Notes: generated by a model from the sequence alone, not told the origin. Counted from the first letter of the stretch, positions 47,717 through 64,000 are shown. The stretch: DNA of 64,000 bases from Eledone cirrhosa (GCA_964016885.1 OZ024740.1:73718001-73782000), one strand, 5' to 3'. Translations and numbers: made by a program.

Positions 47717-48546
47717 CCATATATATATATAAAAAAATTAGGATGATCATAACTGGAAAACCTTTGATCATAGGTCAGCTTATTCAGAACTAGCCAGGGG
47801 CCTAAACAACAATAACAACAAAACAATACTAACAATGCTAACAAAAGAAAAACAACAGTGGTCAGATTTCATTTTAGCAAGTTGCAACTACAATGCTGTT
47901 AGTAGTAGTAATAGTAGTAGTAGCAGTGGAGGTGGTGGTATTGGTGGTGATGTTGGGGGTTATGGTGGTGGTGGTAGTAGTAGAGGTGGCTGAAGGTGTG
48001 CATAGATGTCATCGAGTAAGCACTTGTGTAATGCGTGCATGTATGAATGCACGAGTCAAAGTAAGAGAGAGAGGGGGGGGGGGGTGATGAGTGATGTTGA
48101 TTACTTGAAATGAAAGAAAACCATTCATTGAAAAGAAGCTTGGTCAAGGGATTGGCTGGTAACCAAGTAACCAGCGAGCAGATCATCAATGTTTGCCTTG
48201 CATAATTGTGACTGCTGTGAACAGACAGACCAGAGCCTAAGTTGTTTAGTAAAAATCATCATCCCTTTACCTCTGTTTTTCCATGCTTGCGTGGGTTAGA
48301 CAGGTCTTCTCTAGCACAACCACTCCCTACATGTCCTTATCTCTATACAGTTTAGTATTTTGGGATCTGCTCTCACCATTTCTGCATATGACTCAAAACA
48401 CCACCACACATAGCTTTATATTTACCCCAAAATAATTATTTTCAATTTGGGTATTCAAATAAATGATTGATGTGAATTGTGACACATGGTATAGAAAGAT
48501 AAAATGTTAAGTTCCAGGTGTGAATATTATGATTTATCATACTTAC

Positions 48547-48618
48547 CTTTGAGAAATACAGACTGGAACATGCATAATACCAGGACAAAATAAGGTCCTG
48601 CTAAGGAATTAAATTCTA
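48547..48618 (-). CDS. Candidate 72-nt host exon (unverified)
   Basis: TTTCAG| acceptor, AAG|GTAAGT consensus donor, open phase 1-1 frame xEFNSLAGPYFVLVLCMFQSVFLK; no homology recognised. Confidence 0.22.
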
Positions 48619-50302
48619 CTGAAATTTAAATTCTTTCCAATTTCTTCAAATTACAAAGGAAACTTAAAGAAGAAAAATGTTTTCTAATAGGGTACACATC
48701 GATACATTTTCAGGAAAGGTGAATATGATTATTTTGGGTCCACTATACAACTGTTTTTTTTTTTTATTGATTTAGATGGCTGAAAGGTAAAGTTGATTTT
48801 GGTAGGGTTTCAACTTCCAATAGCTTTTGCCAAACAACTTCATGTACATTATCATGAACATCAACATGAACAAATACAAGATGAAACAATGGGGGAGCCT
48901 TTATCTGGTCTAATTGACCTACTAGAAATAGCAGTCATATCTCCCTCAAATTGCACCTTACTGTCATATAAAGAGAATGTGTTAGATAATGTAGTCCTGA
49001 CCTTTCTGAATGTAGGTAATAGAAGAAATGGTAATAGTCATAATTCCTTTAATTATAGGTCTGCTTGATCAGGTATGATTTGGGGCTAAACAACAACAGC
49101 AACGGGTACGTTTCTAAGTTGTCGCTTGACCTACTATAAATAGCAGTTAAATCTCCTTCAAATTACATTTTACAGCCTTAAAATAAATGAAAGGAAACAT
49201 TGTTATATATAACCCTAGATAAATAAAATGAAAGGACATCATTGTTTGGATGCTTCTCAACCAGTATCCAGCTGATACTCCTCTGGACACTAATCGCTTT
49301 GTCTCTTATTACACACAGGGATATGGTGTGCCTATTCTAAAAGCTAAAACTGGGGTAAAAATGAATAACCAGGATACATACAAAAAGGAAAGAAATATTG
49401 AAGCTTATCCCAGGGTTGCTAAGAAACAAACTAGACTAACTTTTGTCAATGAAGATCACTACAGTTTCCTTAGATTCTGGACATTATTAGAAAGCTTATC
49501 AGTTTAGAATGTAACCTAACCTGTAGATAGATTATTGATGAATATATCAAATCACTTCCTGTAAAAGTTTTAGACTAAGTGTGTGTGTGTGTGTGATGTA
49601 AGCATTAATTGAAGCTTTGTCTGATGTAAGCATTAAATGAAGAGCAGAGAGATAATAACATCACCACACCCATACATCATACACACATACATAATAATAA
49701 TAATGAAATTATTGTGTAAAGTGCTCAGGTGCACTACAACTCGTCAATATAGTACATAGAATAATACACAAATGTCAGGGAAGTACATGTGTGTATGTGT
49801 TAGCTGTAGTGTTGGCAGATGCACATACACACAATGTTATACTGATATAAATAAACTAATGCTGTTCTTGTTTATCCCTATGTCAGTCCTAACTGAACAA
49901 ACCTGTGACCAAACACATTCTAGCAATGATAATCCCAGCTATTTTTTAAAAGTATCTAAGACTACATTATTTAATGTGTCCTTTCTTTTCCAAACAAGTC
50001 AAACAACCTTGTAGAGGCTCCCACACTGGTCTGATCTATCAGGGGCTGATCTACAGCTAAACTTCAACAGCAGCAATCAGCCTCCTCATACACACATACA
50101 CACATTAATATCTCTTTTTACTGACATTCATTTATTGAGATTGAATCATTGCACTATAGCTGGGCCAGGCTAGAGTACCACCTTCAACAGTTTCATATGA
50201 TTATTTTATCTATTTATCTATTTCATAAGAAGCATAACTAAGACAGAGCTCTAATATCTATGTTGTTTAACTTCTTAACACCGTGATGTTTTACTCTTGG
50301 AT

Positions 50303-50673
50303 TACAAATAATGGGGAGGTTGGAATAAGCAAGGGTGGGGGGGGGGGATAAGCGGGGGGGGGGGGGGGGGGTCTGTCTTTTTTCAAAGTTGTCTCCATTG
50401 ATTTTTTTTTAAACTAGAATTAGTTGCTTAATTTACGTTCTGAGACCCCAATCCATCCTATTTATTCTATAACATGGGATTTCTAGTAATGTTTTTTTTT
50501 TTTGTTATCTATAATGTTTTTTAATGTATAAAGAAAATTGATTGTCACAGGAATGCTACCACTTAAAATAAAATTTAACCAGAAATAGATGAACAAAATT
50601 TAATAAATGGTGGGTGGTTGAAAAAATCTGAAAAATTAATAGGTGTGTGGGGAAGAGGATCGAGACCTGAGAG
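50303..50673 (+). mobile_element. TA-flanked MITE family copy (empty TTAA site)
   Basis: Right end GAGACCTGAGAG|TA; contains uninterrupted GCTACCACTTAAAATAAAAT. Confidence 0.8.
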
Positions 50674-51184
50674 TAACAGAAAAATTATAAAAAAAAAACA
50701 GGTTTATTAAATCAGTTATATCTACTACTCTGTTCTATTGTGTTAACATTGAATGTAATCCATTTATGACCCCTTTGTTTGAATTACTGCCTTCACTTCT
50801 AACTTATGCCTTCTTTCCAGTTGTCTTGAATAAAGGTAAGTGGTTGCAGTAAGAAGGAATCCACAACAAATAGTAAAATAGTGGAATCCAAGGAAAGATC
50901 TGAGGTCCTGTGTGTGTGAAAAAGTAATTGTCTTCTTACTATGAACATAAAAATAAGGAAATAAAAGATGTAGAAGGGTGGTGTGGGAGGAAGCAATGCA
51001 TGATTAAAGTTAGTCGCAATAGCAGATCAGTTGGATTGGTGCACATAAATAAGGTCAGAGATGTTAAGACAGTGCAGTAGATGTTGGAGATCATTGGTCA
51101 GTACAGGCACACTGCCAGCGAGGAGGAGGGATCACTTAGGTGTTGGCGAGGTATGAAACAGGCTTTATCAAATTCTCTGATGGC

Positions 51185-51715
51185 TCTCTAGAAGTAATTG
51201 ACAGCTTCTTTTACCTGAGTAACTTAATAATGAAGATGGGTGTTCTGAAAGTACAATAGCTTGAACATGAACTCGTTGAAAAAGCTCAGGAAGTTACAAC
51301 TATAGCTGAATACAAAGAGGTTCTCCCTTAGAGTGAAAGGTGGATTGTATTATGCTTGTGTGCATGGAAGTGAGAATGGGCCTTGTTTGCAAAGGATTTA
51401 CAAAGGTTGGAAAGAAATGAGGCAAGCATACTCCAATGGATCTACATGAACAATAAAGCATTAATGAACAGAGAAAAACTAGGCATAAGAAGGATTGGAT
51501 ATAACATGCAAGAGAGGAGTCTGTGGTGGTGTGGATATGTGATTCCTATGGCAGATAACAGCTACACTAAATAATGCAGGGCACTTGAAGTTGATGGAAC
51601 CTTGAAAGAGGAAGGTCTAAGAAAACATGGAATAACTAGAGTAGGCTAGCTTCTACAAGTTGAACCTCACAAATGAGATAACACAAGATTGAGTTGAATG
51701 GAGGTTTGCTAGAGA
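51185..51715 (+). mobile_element. Old RTE LINE 3' fragment
   Basis: DSFFYL, GCSESTIA, LQRLERNEASILQW, REKLGIR, LWWCGYV. Confidence 0.8.
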
Positions 51716-53029
51716 GGTTGTCATGCCCCAGACACAAATGAAGAGTTTTCTCATCCATTTTTGGTATGATTTCGACAACTAGATGCTCTTCCTATTACTA
51801 ACCACTAGAGAGGTTGTTGTGTCTTGTCTGAAGGGTCCTCTTTACCCTATAGGGGTGGGATTCATAATGGAGTAAGAGGGAATACGATGGGGAGCGTGGA
51901 AGGAAGTTAAGTATGTCATGGGTAATTGTTAATAGATGAGAGGAATTTATCTCTTAACAATAGTGTCAAGGATATATAACAGGTAGGGTGGGATTCAAGA
52001 GAAGAATGATGCAGGCAGAGGCTGAGTTAAAAAGCAAGTCATAGGTGGTATTACTGGGACGAAGAGTTACTAAGGCATTATGGCTGGTGTATTAGGATTT
52101 AGACACGGTTGCTGGTTGATCTTGGGTGGGGTAGGGGGCAGGGATATTCACACACACATACATACATGAGGGTGATTGTGGCTTCATGAAGTTTGTCATC
52201 TTAGTAACAGTATAGTGGGTTGGTTTTTATTATTTTATCATCTATCTGTGATATGTTTAAATCTGGTTTAAACTAATTCTTTGTTATGGATTTCATGTTT
52301 TGTTGATTAGACACAAGATATTTGGTGGTTGACTTGCTTGTGGTAGATGTTTTATTTAAAAGTGATAAGACCCGGAATGTTTTGCTCTGAGAGTTCCCCC
52401 ATACTCTGAGGAAGAGATTTTTAAGTCCTGACATATTAGGACAAAAAAAGAAAAAGGATAATAATAAATACAAGGTAACAAAAACTTTTTCATTGCCTTC
52501 ATTTTACCATCCATTTCACATTGCCTTAGCCTTCTTATATATATCATTTTCTACATTATATACAACATTCTATTAAAAGCTGTGTTTTGTAGCTGAGTAA
52601 ATGTAGTTGTTTGTTTACTATTATTCTGTTGTTGGGTGGGATTGTGAGAGAAAATGTTATATATATAAATTAATATATATTACAATATCACACCTCCGTT
52701 ACTGTGTGGACTGAAATCTTTGTTGAAATGCCTGATATGAAATATTTCTCTCTTGATGGGATTAGTTTATGTAATGTTGATATAGCTAATGCTTTGTAGT
52801 TGAGGGTGGTGATGAATTGTTAATGTTTTTCCTTTTAAATTGTTTTATGTGGGGTTATTTTTTTGTTTTGGAAAATATTGCCTACAATAATTTTAAATTT
52901 GTCTACACTGTTTTATGAGTCAGTACAGTTATTATATAATGTTTAAAGAGTTAGGCGTGGATAATTAATTATTTTATGTTGGATAAACTATAGGAGATAA
53001 CTATGGTTCATCCTTTATTCATTTTTATT

Positions 53030-53965
53030 GGTGTTACACTCCAAAATGAACTAAACCTCATTTATCAATGGGCAGATGAAAACATGAAATTCAATGCATC
53101 AAAATTTCAGGTTCTTCATTACAGAGGGGATATACACAATACACATTATTTAACCCCAGATAACACGATTCAGAGTGCTAACGATATACCAGATTGAGAA
53201 ATCCATGTCAAATGATTCATCTTTCATCAGACATCACAAAACTAACCTCTAAGTGTAGATATCTCATAGGATGGATCCTACAAATTTTCATAACAAAGGA
53301 ACCAGTAGTTATGCTGGCTCAATGGAAAACCTTAGTTCAGAGTAGACTAGAGTACTGATCACATTTTTACATCTTTGGACTCCAAACACACCTGGTCTCA
53401 TAAAAGAAATTGAATGGTTAGAAAGAACATTCACTCAGAAAATAACTTTTGTCAAAGACCTAAATTAATGGTAAAATCTGAAAGCTCATTGTCTCTACTT
53501 TTTTTAACGATATATAAAGAGAGATATTGTTATGTATGCAAGCATGGAACACGGACGTTAAACGGTGATGATGATAAGGTACTGGAGGGTCATGTTCCAA
53601 ACTTCAGCATTAGAGAGAATTTAAATGCACAAACTGGTAGACACTGCTAGCTTCCAAATATATCACCTTTAAAATCTTGAGCAAAAACACTATCCTCCCA
53701 GTCTGATATCTAGAGGTCCTCAAGTGTTCAACTGCATGAAGAAAGAAATATAAAAAGGACTTTCATTGAAAGATTAAAAAAAAGGCATTGGATGAACTCC
53801 TAGCCATGATACTGGACCAGCCAACTATTCAAGGGTACACTCAAGGAAGATCAGCTGCTACAATCTCAGTTATAGATCAACTACCAGTCATAAAACTACA
53901 ACAAAACTGAAAAGAAAGAAATTATGGTGGTGCTTCAGTAGTCAAATGACTGAAACCATTAAAAG
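53030..53965 (+). mobile_element. Degenerate CR1-clade LINE 3' portion
   Basis: LQNELNLIYQWADENMKFNASKFQVLHY, WKTLVQSRLEY, LDELLAMILDQP; interrupted near 53535-53577 by a ~40-nt RTE tail. Confidence 0.78.
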
Positions 53966-54829
53966 AATAATATATACACAATCACACAACTGAAATAATA
54001 AATCTGATCCCCACAACCAGTTTTACCACCAGTTGTTATTTATCACTTAACAACCCTAAAATTATTGTTGCATATTTTAGATATTTGCACATTAATTATG
54101 TCTGTACACCCCTCTAAATGCTTTTCTTTTGCTAAAGTATTTAAATATTTTGTATTTGTGTTGTCAGGGTCAGCTTTTCTTGTTTCGATAGAATAAACCA
54201 TCAGCTAAGTACCAGAGTTAATTTAATTGGCTAACCTCTTGCCTGAGGTGCGTAGCCTTGTGCTCATTTAAGAAATCATTATTATTAATATAATTATTAT
54301 TATATGTGACACTAAAAGTAATTGTAGTGAGATACCAGAAGCTACAGTGCTGGTGATTGAATGGAGATAATATAGGGTTTGAGAGGACTCTTCAGTCTGG
54401 ACGAGCCTGTGCTGGTGCCACAATAAATCACTACCAGTACACTCTGTAAAATGGTAGTGCTGGTGCAACAAAAAAAAAAAAAAACTCACCCAGTATATTC
54501 TGTAAAGTGCCATGAAAAAGGTATCTAGTATACCTGTAAGGTAGTTGGCATTAGGAAAGGCATCCTACCACAGAAACCATGCCAAATATTGAACGCATGA
54601 GCAAAATGAGGCCGCTCCAACTTGTCTAACCTCGGACTGTGACAACACATCCAACACGTTAGTGTGGTAAGTGGTTATAAAATGATGATGTAAGTAGGTA
54701 TTGATCCTGGGCTACTATAATAAACCTTTCTGTCTCTGACTTTATGTCAGAGAACGCTAACCACTGATGGGTAAGAGTTTTGTTAACATCAATATGGGGG
54801 GGTGGGTGGGCAATTGCCAACAATATTAT

Positions 54830-56300
54830 TTGAGACTGCAGTTTTAATAAGTTTAATAAGGATTTTCATGTGTTTAGATTTTGTCTATGCTTGTTCTTAG
54901 TTCATTTATCTCTTGAACTTCTTGTATTTGGAATCAATTTAAATATTTCCTTCCCTCTTTTGTTACTGAATATAATGTTTTGCTGATTTTGTGCTTTGAA
55001 ATAAGTTTTAGCATGTCATCATAGTTTTTCAGATAAGAGTTTAAAACAATCATGGCAATTTTCAGTAACAATTCAAGTTGTAAGAGTTCATGACCTCTTT
55101 CTCCACTTGGTAAGTAAAGTCATTCTATGTCTACTTTAGAGTGGTGCATAATATTCATTGTCAACAATTCCAAATTTTTCTATCAAGCTTACAGATTTCA
55201 GCATTTGAACTATAATTTATGACTGGTATGGCTAAAGTATTAATTACTTCAGTCCTGTTTTCCACATGTAGCTTTGTCATGAGTATTGCACTTACCCTGC
55301 AATAGAATTCTTTTCTGATCATTGAGAGTTTAATTCCATCGTTTTCAAGTATTTGTAAACCCTCTCTTGTTCTCACTCCTTTACAGTAGTTTGTAGATCA
55401 AGTTCAACATTGGATGTTTCTGACAGTTTGCCTCTATCAAAGGTAACTTTTGTACATTTATCAAGGCTAACTTCCATCCCAATGTCATCAATAAACTGTA
55501 TTATAATTGATAGTAAGCCTTGTATTGCTGCTCATTTTTTTTTTTTTTTTTGCAGAAAGCTTTAAATCATCCATGTAAAAAAGATGACCTATTGTTTTCT
55601 CGTGAATTTTAGTCACATTGTGTTTCACTGAGTAATCTGGATAGAGGTATCAGAGCTAGAAAACGAGGAGTGATAATGATAGAGAATTACCCAGTACCAT
55701 ACCACATAAGATTTCAACATCCCCTGCATCCAAAGATTTCTTCTCATTTTCAAAATCTGTGTAATTTCCATGATTTCATACTAACAAATAGAAAGTTTCT
55801 TAAAGTAGGTAATATTTGGTTGTTTTTGCTTGTTTTGTTTTTCTCTGGCGTTGATCATATATTTTTGTGCATTATATATGTGAGGATCCTAGCAATAATT
55901 AATTGTATTTATTATATGTGTTTATATTTTCATTCTGTAAGAATTATAAACAATTTGTACAAATGTGAATAAAATAAATATTTTACTTCTGTTTTTAAAA
56001 GTTTCCAAGACTTTCTTAATCCATCTATTTTGGAAACTGTCAAAGCTTTTTTTATAGTCTATCCAATCTATTGATGAGTTCTTATGCTGGTTGTGACAAT
56101 CTTATTGATGAGAAGCTGATCTTTACAACCATAGAATCCACATTACACCATTTTTGCTCATTTTCTGTTAAGCAGTTACACATGCATTTGGCCAAAACAG
56201 ATGTTAATTATAGGTCGACAACTTTTAGGTTCATTTGTTTCTTCATTTTCATCCGTTATAAAAACACGTTTTGATTACATTTTTTTAATATTTCTGTGTC
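54830..56300 (-). mobile_element. Degenerate R4/Dong-like non-LTR retrotransposon RT region
   Basis: YGCKDQLLINK, WIDYKKSFDS, LALIPLSRLL, GHLFYMDDLKL, INTLAIPVINYS, KLDRK; an unrelated insert lies near 55800-55980. Confidence 0.8.
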
Positions 56301-56604
56301 TAAGGCAATGGCCTTCCAAGGGAGCTGGCCATTTTCCCCAAAGAGCTAAAGCTGCATTTATTTTGTGGCTTTGCACAATTTAAAAAAAAACAAAACATGG
56401 CAAATACCAAAGTTTCTTCTCATAGGAAGAACTTCAACATGCACAGGAAAAATGAGAACAGCGATGTCACCACCAATGTCATCACTCCAACAGCAGCAAT
56501 GAAAACAACAATGATAACAGCAAAAACAACAGCAAGCGTGGCAACAGTAGCAGTGCCAACAACTATGAATTTTGGATAATGAGCGAAAGAATATGATTGC
56601 AAAT

Positions 56605-56812
56605 ACAATAGGTTGCATAGCTCAGAGATCAGGCAACTGCTCCAGGTAGAGCCATTATTTCTCTGAATCAAAAGATCACAGCGCTAGTACTACAGACATG
56701 TGGTTAGAATGCCTAAAGAAAGAATCGCTGGACACATTTTACTGGCAAAGCCAACTGGCAGGAAACCCAGAGGTAGACTAAAAGCAAAATGGTTAGATAA
56801 CAACCATAAGCC
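56605..56812 (+). mobile_element. Rex3/Expander-like RTE fragment
   Basis: SSEIRQLLQVEPLFL*IKRSQ..HVVRMPKERIA..PTGRKPRGRLKAKWLDN. Confidence 0.8.
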
Positions 56813-56821
56813 CCTTTCATT

Positions 56822-56891
56822 TATAGTAGCAGCAACAGTAGTAGTAGTAGTAGTAGTAGCAACGGTAGTAGTAGTAGTAGTAGCAGCAACG

Positions 56892-56957
<66 letters not shown>

Positions 56958-57060
56958 CTGGTAGTAGTAGTGGTGGTAGTAGTAGTGGTGGGGGTAGTAG
57001 TGGTGGTGGTGGTGGTAGTAGTAGTAGTAGCAGCAGCAGGAACAACAGCAGCAGCAACAC
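56822..57060. repeat. (GTA/GCA/GTG)n trinucleotide tract
   Basis: Directly visible. Confidence 0.95.
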
Positions 57061-57349
57061 CAATGCCTTGTGCCCTTGTGGCCGATAAAAGAAATTATCA
57101 TTGCAATAATTTAAATGGAATTCTAAATCTCAAAGTTAAGACTTGTCAAGGTTAGGTTAGGTAGTCTTTGTACCCCTCTCTCCTCAACTTCATCATCTGC
57201 TGAGGGGAAGGAAATGGGCCTTTAACTGGCCACAAAGAGAAGGAGAAGACCGGCCTTTAATTACCAGATTGTCAAGAGTCAACCTCCAAGTGCCTTTCTC
57301 CTATTAAACTACTGGTTACACACCAATTTCCTGTCTCCTGGGCACACAC

Positions 57350-57462
57350 AGGTATATGTATACATATGCACAAATACCCACACACACATATATATATACA
57401 CATACACACATATATATATATATACACATACACACACATATACACACACACATATATATATA

Positions 57463-57510
<48 letters not shown>

Positions 57511-57620
57511 GTGTGTGTATATGTGTGTGTATGTGTGTGTATGTGTATATATATATATATGTGTGTATGTGTATATATATATGTGTGTGTGGGTATTTGT
57601 ACATATGTATACATATACCT
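57350..57620. repeat. Long near-perfect palindrome around an A-run
   Basis: AGGTATATGTATACATATG..ACCCACAC arm mirrored by GTGTGGGTATTTGTACATATGTATACATATACCT. Confidence 0.9.
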
Positions 57621-57699
57621 CACACATCCATTATGCATATAACTATACGCACATATTTACAAGCACACAACGCATATTCATATGCAAATAAGCACATCG

Positions 57700-59885
<2,186 letters not shown>

Positions 59886-60077
59886 ACATACTTGTACAGG
59901 GGAGGGTGGCATTCTTCATAATCTCAAAAACCTATGTATATATGAGATAATAAAGGAGACAGGAAAATATTTGAATGGTGAGTAGGTTAATCATGAAAGC
60001 ACTTACTGGTTTTAACTGGTATATATGGGTTCAAGCTCCACTTGACTTGTTCATTACATTTTTTTACACTCTCATAG

Positions 60078-60147
<70 letters not shown>

Positions 60148-61481
60148 TCATGCACGAGTGTCAGTTTGTTTTTATGTGTCTGTGATTGTGTTTCTTCTTT
60201 TCACATTGTTTTACATAAGTTTATATATGAAATTTGAAAATACGGTCAGCACAATGCAGATAACTATAATAATAGTGGAATAAATCAGGTATAGAAGCCC
60301 TGGAGGCAGAAAAAAAGTGGACAGTGATACCTGCAGAGAATCGAATCATGCATGCATCACCATACAGGGTGGACTGGCTGTATGTTGTCATGGCACCATC
60401 ACTACCACTTTACAGGTGGACTGAGTGCTTTTTATCATGGCACCACCACTACCTCCTTAAAGGGTGGACTGGTTACTTTTTTGTCATGGCACCATCACAT
60501 TGTAGTATTTTATGGCATCAGCATTATGTCATTACAACACTAGAGTCAAGATGATAAGGAACAAGATCTCACGCAACAATTTAATTTTACTCACATAAAA
60601 CCATTTAGGAAAGTTACCTGCAATAGATACACTGGTATCTTTCCATGGGGAGTTACATCTTGCTTCACTTAATGCCACGTGACCAGGGTTAAACTATTTA
60701 TAAACCACCTTGCATTTTTAACTGACTGATCTCCAAAAAGCATGCACACATACAAATCCGCTAAGGAGATAAGGTATTGACCTATAAACCTATAGGTCAA
60801 ACTCACTGCCATTGTTTATTTGTTGCAGTTCATTTACTTGTAGGGGTAAAACATACCATGAGCCACTAACTCCTGATTGATGTCTTGGGAATTTAAACCT
60901 ATTAAAGCTCATCCCTCTCCAGGTCTGAACACAGCCAATTTCATGAAAGGGAAGGGGTGAGAAAGAGACATGGAGGAAAATTGACCTTAGTACTGGACTA
61001 GTACGTTATTTGTTGAACTTGAAAAGATAAAGAACAAAGTTGGTCTCTGTGTGATACAAACTCAAATAGAAGAGAGCCAGAAACAATATTGCAAAGCATT
61101 CAATTTGATATTTTGATGATTCTGCCAATACATCGTCTAGTGTAGGAGGTAATAGATATCACCAAATTAAGTGAGAGTGATTGCCTGGTGTCTTATCCAG
61201 GTGAATTGTCAATCCACTTAAATTTATGAAATAAGGGTTAAATCTTTTGGTCCTACCTAGGCAGATACTTATCTTTTAGTCTCTTCTTCAGAGAGAGGTT
61301 TTAATCAAAGCTACTTCATATTGTTAAGCAAAAGCTAAGACAAGACATCAACAATAATAATATTAACTCTTAACATCCTGTAATAATTTAGAAGAAAATA
61401 TTTAAAAATAGGTTTAATAATTAAAATGCTTCTAGTAAACTTTATTAGTGAACAGATTGGTGTGAAAATTTGCACTATTAA

Positions 61482-61701
61482 CCCTTTAATGTTCAAACCG
61501 GCCAAAGCCAGCCTGAATTCTCTACCTCTTTCTGTTGAAACTGGCTGTAATCGGTTGCTCAAACTAATGTTAAGGTTTTGTTCTCAAAATAAATACTTTC
61601 AAAATCTCATAGATTCGATATTATGTAAGATAATTATGTGAGATAAAGCCTTTACCATGAAAATATAATAGTATATATAGAGTAATGTAAATGTTAAAGG
61701 G
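61482..61701 (+). mobile_element. piggyBac-type MITE
   Basis: TTAA|CCCTTTAATG..AAATGTTAAAGGG|TTAA. Confidence 0.9.
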
Positions 61702-62179
61702 TTAAAGTAAAGACTTTGATTTTTAATGTGATGCAGTTATGCTGTTTTATAATTTTAAGAAAGCTTTGCTAGTGTGGTTTTATGTTAAAAGTTCAGGAAG
61801 CAACTTCTATGTGATCGTTTAACCAGCTAAAAAGAGTGGCCAATTCTACCTGAAATCGCTACCTAACATCTAGCACAATTTGGTCCTGGATAAATACATT
61901 ATATCAGAAAAATAGACTGGAGAGTCATGGATGGAGCCCCTTTGATCAGTACCCATCATATTTCTCAGGGACCTTGAGAGTGGTCGGAAGGCAAGAGGAA
62001 CCTGTTTTGGATGCTTGCAAGAAAGTGGATATTGCTAAAGTTCCACGAGAGATAGTCAGTGATGTTAAATACAACAGATTAATTCTATCAATAAAGCAGG
62101 TCACCATAAGAATTGAATTCAGAATGCAAAGGGCTAAAACAAATATTACAAGACATCTCTGCACTGGTACTTTATTTTA

Positions 62180-62360
62180 TCTATATATCTAAAACAGAGA
62201 ATGTCTGTCTGTCTGTCTGTCCGATCACTAAAACTTGAGAACCACCCAACCGATTGTTTTCAAACTTTACACATGTAATACTTAGGGGCCTGTGAGTGTT
62301 TTGAGAAAAAATTATTTCAAATTTTCAATGCCCAGGGACCGCATTAGGCGATTTAGCGAT
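62180..62360 (+). mobile_element. Helitron 5' fragment
   Basis: A|TCTATATATCTAAAA start, (GTCT)n tract and AACCGATT..AAACTTTACAC, the architecture typical of DINE-1/Lep1-like non-autonomous elements; no 3' end found. Confidence 0.65.
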
Positions 62361-62678
62361 CTCTCTCTCTCTTAGTCTTTCGCTTTTTAGATAGATACAT
62401 AGATATAACATTGCGCCCTTATAATATCTCATTTCTACAGCTGAGTAAACTGGAGCAATGTGAAATAAAGTGTCTTACTCAAGGAAACAACATCACCCAG
62501 TCTGAGAATTGAACTCACAACCTTTCGATTGCAAGGCCAATGCTCTAACCACTAAGCCATAGAATTGATTGTAATGAAATTGTTATTGAATCATCTAAGA
62601 AATGTATTTTAAAAACATCATGACCACCACAAAGACAACAACACCAATGCACACACACACACACATACATATAATATA

Positions 62679-63261
62679 TGAGGTGTGTCTAATAAGTCAC
62701 AGGACTTATTGTGCTATGTGAGCTATAAGTGGGGCAGGAATTAGCAGGTTGTATCAGTGTGATGTAATATCCAGGGCGTATATAACTGCAATCTCAGTTC
62801 TCTGCAGCCATTGTATGTTTTTTGGTGTGCTTTTGTTAAGAGCAACAAACCAGCTTGAAGTTTCTTGTCAGGCTTGGGAAAACTCCATCAGAAGCACTCA
62901 CAATACTGCACGCTCACAGATTTTCAAGTTTAACAAAAGGTTTAAGACGTAGAAGATGACTGCAGGAGCAGGAAGCCTTCAATGAGCAGGACTGAGGCCA
63001 ACATTGAGCATGTGAGGCATAGGGTGCATGGCGATTGCCAGCTGACTGTTTGACTAATCGCAAGTGAGCTAGCTGGGTATGAACTGCGACAGCGTTTGGA
63101 AGATTATCACCAAAGATTCGGGCATGTGGAAGATCGCCAGTTTACAATATCTTGAACATTTGGCAGTTCCTAGTTGAGAACATCGCCATACTGGAACAAC
63201 CTCCTTTCACATGATCTTGCTCAGTGTCACTTTTTTCTTTTCCCAAAGCTCAAGGGGGTCA
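62679..63261 (+). mobile_element. Internally deleted mariner transposon
   Basis: TA|TGAGGTGTGTCTAATAAGT end; VEDDCRSRKPSMSRTEANIE..LTV*LIASEL..GMWKI HTH region, jumping to EQPP..HDLAQCHFFLFPKLK (decayed YSPDLAPxD). Confidence 0.85.
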
Positions 63262-63432
63262 TACATATATTTATGCTCACATACATATACACACAAAAAC
63301 ATATATAGATACAAAAACACACACACACATAAACATACACATATATACACACACACACACATATAGACACACACATAAACATACACATATATAGACACAC
63401 ACACATATATAAACACATAGACACACACACAT

Positions 63433-63470
<38 letters not shown>

Positions 63471-64000
63471 TACACATATATATCCACATATACATATATC
63501 TATATATATAATATACATATATATATATACATACATGCACATATTTTCATCTATACAGTTAGGTGAGTAATAGCAATGGATGGGGTGAAGTCAGTGTTTC
63601 GTTAACAGATAAATTGATAATAGGTAGATAGAGTAATTGAGGTAGCCAAAGTGTGTGATTAGAATAATTAAGCTTAAATTAGCTATAGACAACATGACAG
63701 CAGTATTTATCTCTGTATATGGATCCTAATCAGGGATGACGATAGTCTGAACTACTCAATAAGGAATGACTTGATTGTTACCTCATTATCACAGCTGGTG
63801 ATTTTAATGGACAATACCATGTCCACTCTCTCTTCAGTCTGGTTTCTTTGTGTCTGCTATCTAATTACTAAATAGACCTTCATCGGTTTTCACAGTGAGT
63901 GGTCCAGTTGTTTGATCAATGGAACAGCCTGCTCATGAAATTAACGTGCAAGTGGCTGAGCATTCCAAAGACAGGTGTACCCTTAGCGTTATTCTCTGGG

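Noticed and set aside
56700-57155. Poly-Val/Ala 'membrane protein' ORF
   Set aside because: An RTE fragment read through into a trinucleotide repeat.

Overview
AT-rich, repeat-saturated animal genomic DNA. It is most likely intronic or intergenic sequence from a cephalopod (Octopus-like); this is an inference from the SINE families, (GAT)n-tailed RTE LINEs and very long TA/CA microsatellites. No intact host gene, rRNA, tRNA or CRISPR array is supportable, and only one weak candidate host exon was seen. The window is a layered transposon graveyard. It holds several RTE LINE subfamilies, whose reverse transcriptase carries an inserted PHD finger, plus CR1, Crack/L2-like, R4/Dong-like and I-group LINE relics. 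It also holds Penelope-like pieces, Helitrons, a DD37D (maT) and a mariner relic, nested piggyBac-type and TA-flanked MITEs, and tRNA-derived SINEs. The most notable observations are: (1) an inverted Penelope pseudo-LTR with two oppositely oriented hammerhead ribozymes; (2) a tandemly repeated, covarying pseudoknot+hairpin RNA module in RTE 3' UTRs and partner SINEs; (3) a PHD finger inside the RTE reverse transcriptase; (4) a 37-unit minisatellite born inside a LINE 3' end; (5) independent MITE insertions at one TTAA site of another MITE. All family assignments come from motif recognition by eye, not database searches, and boundaries of old elements are approximate.
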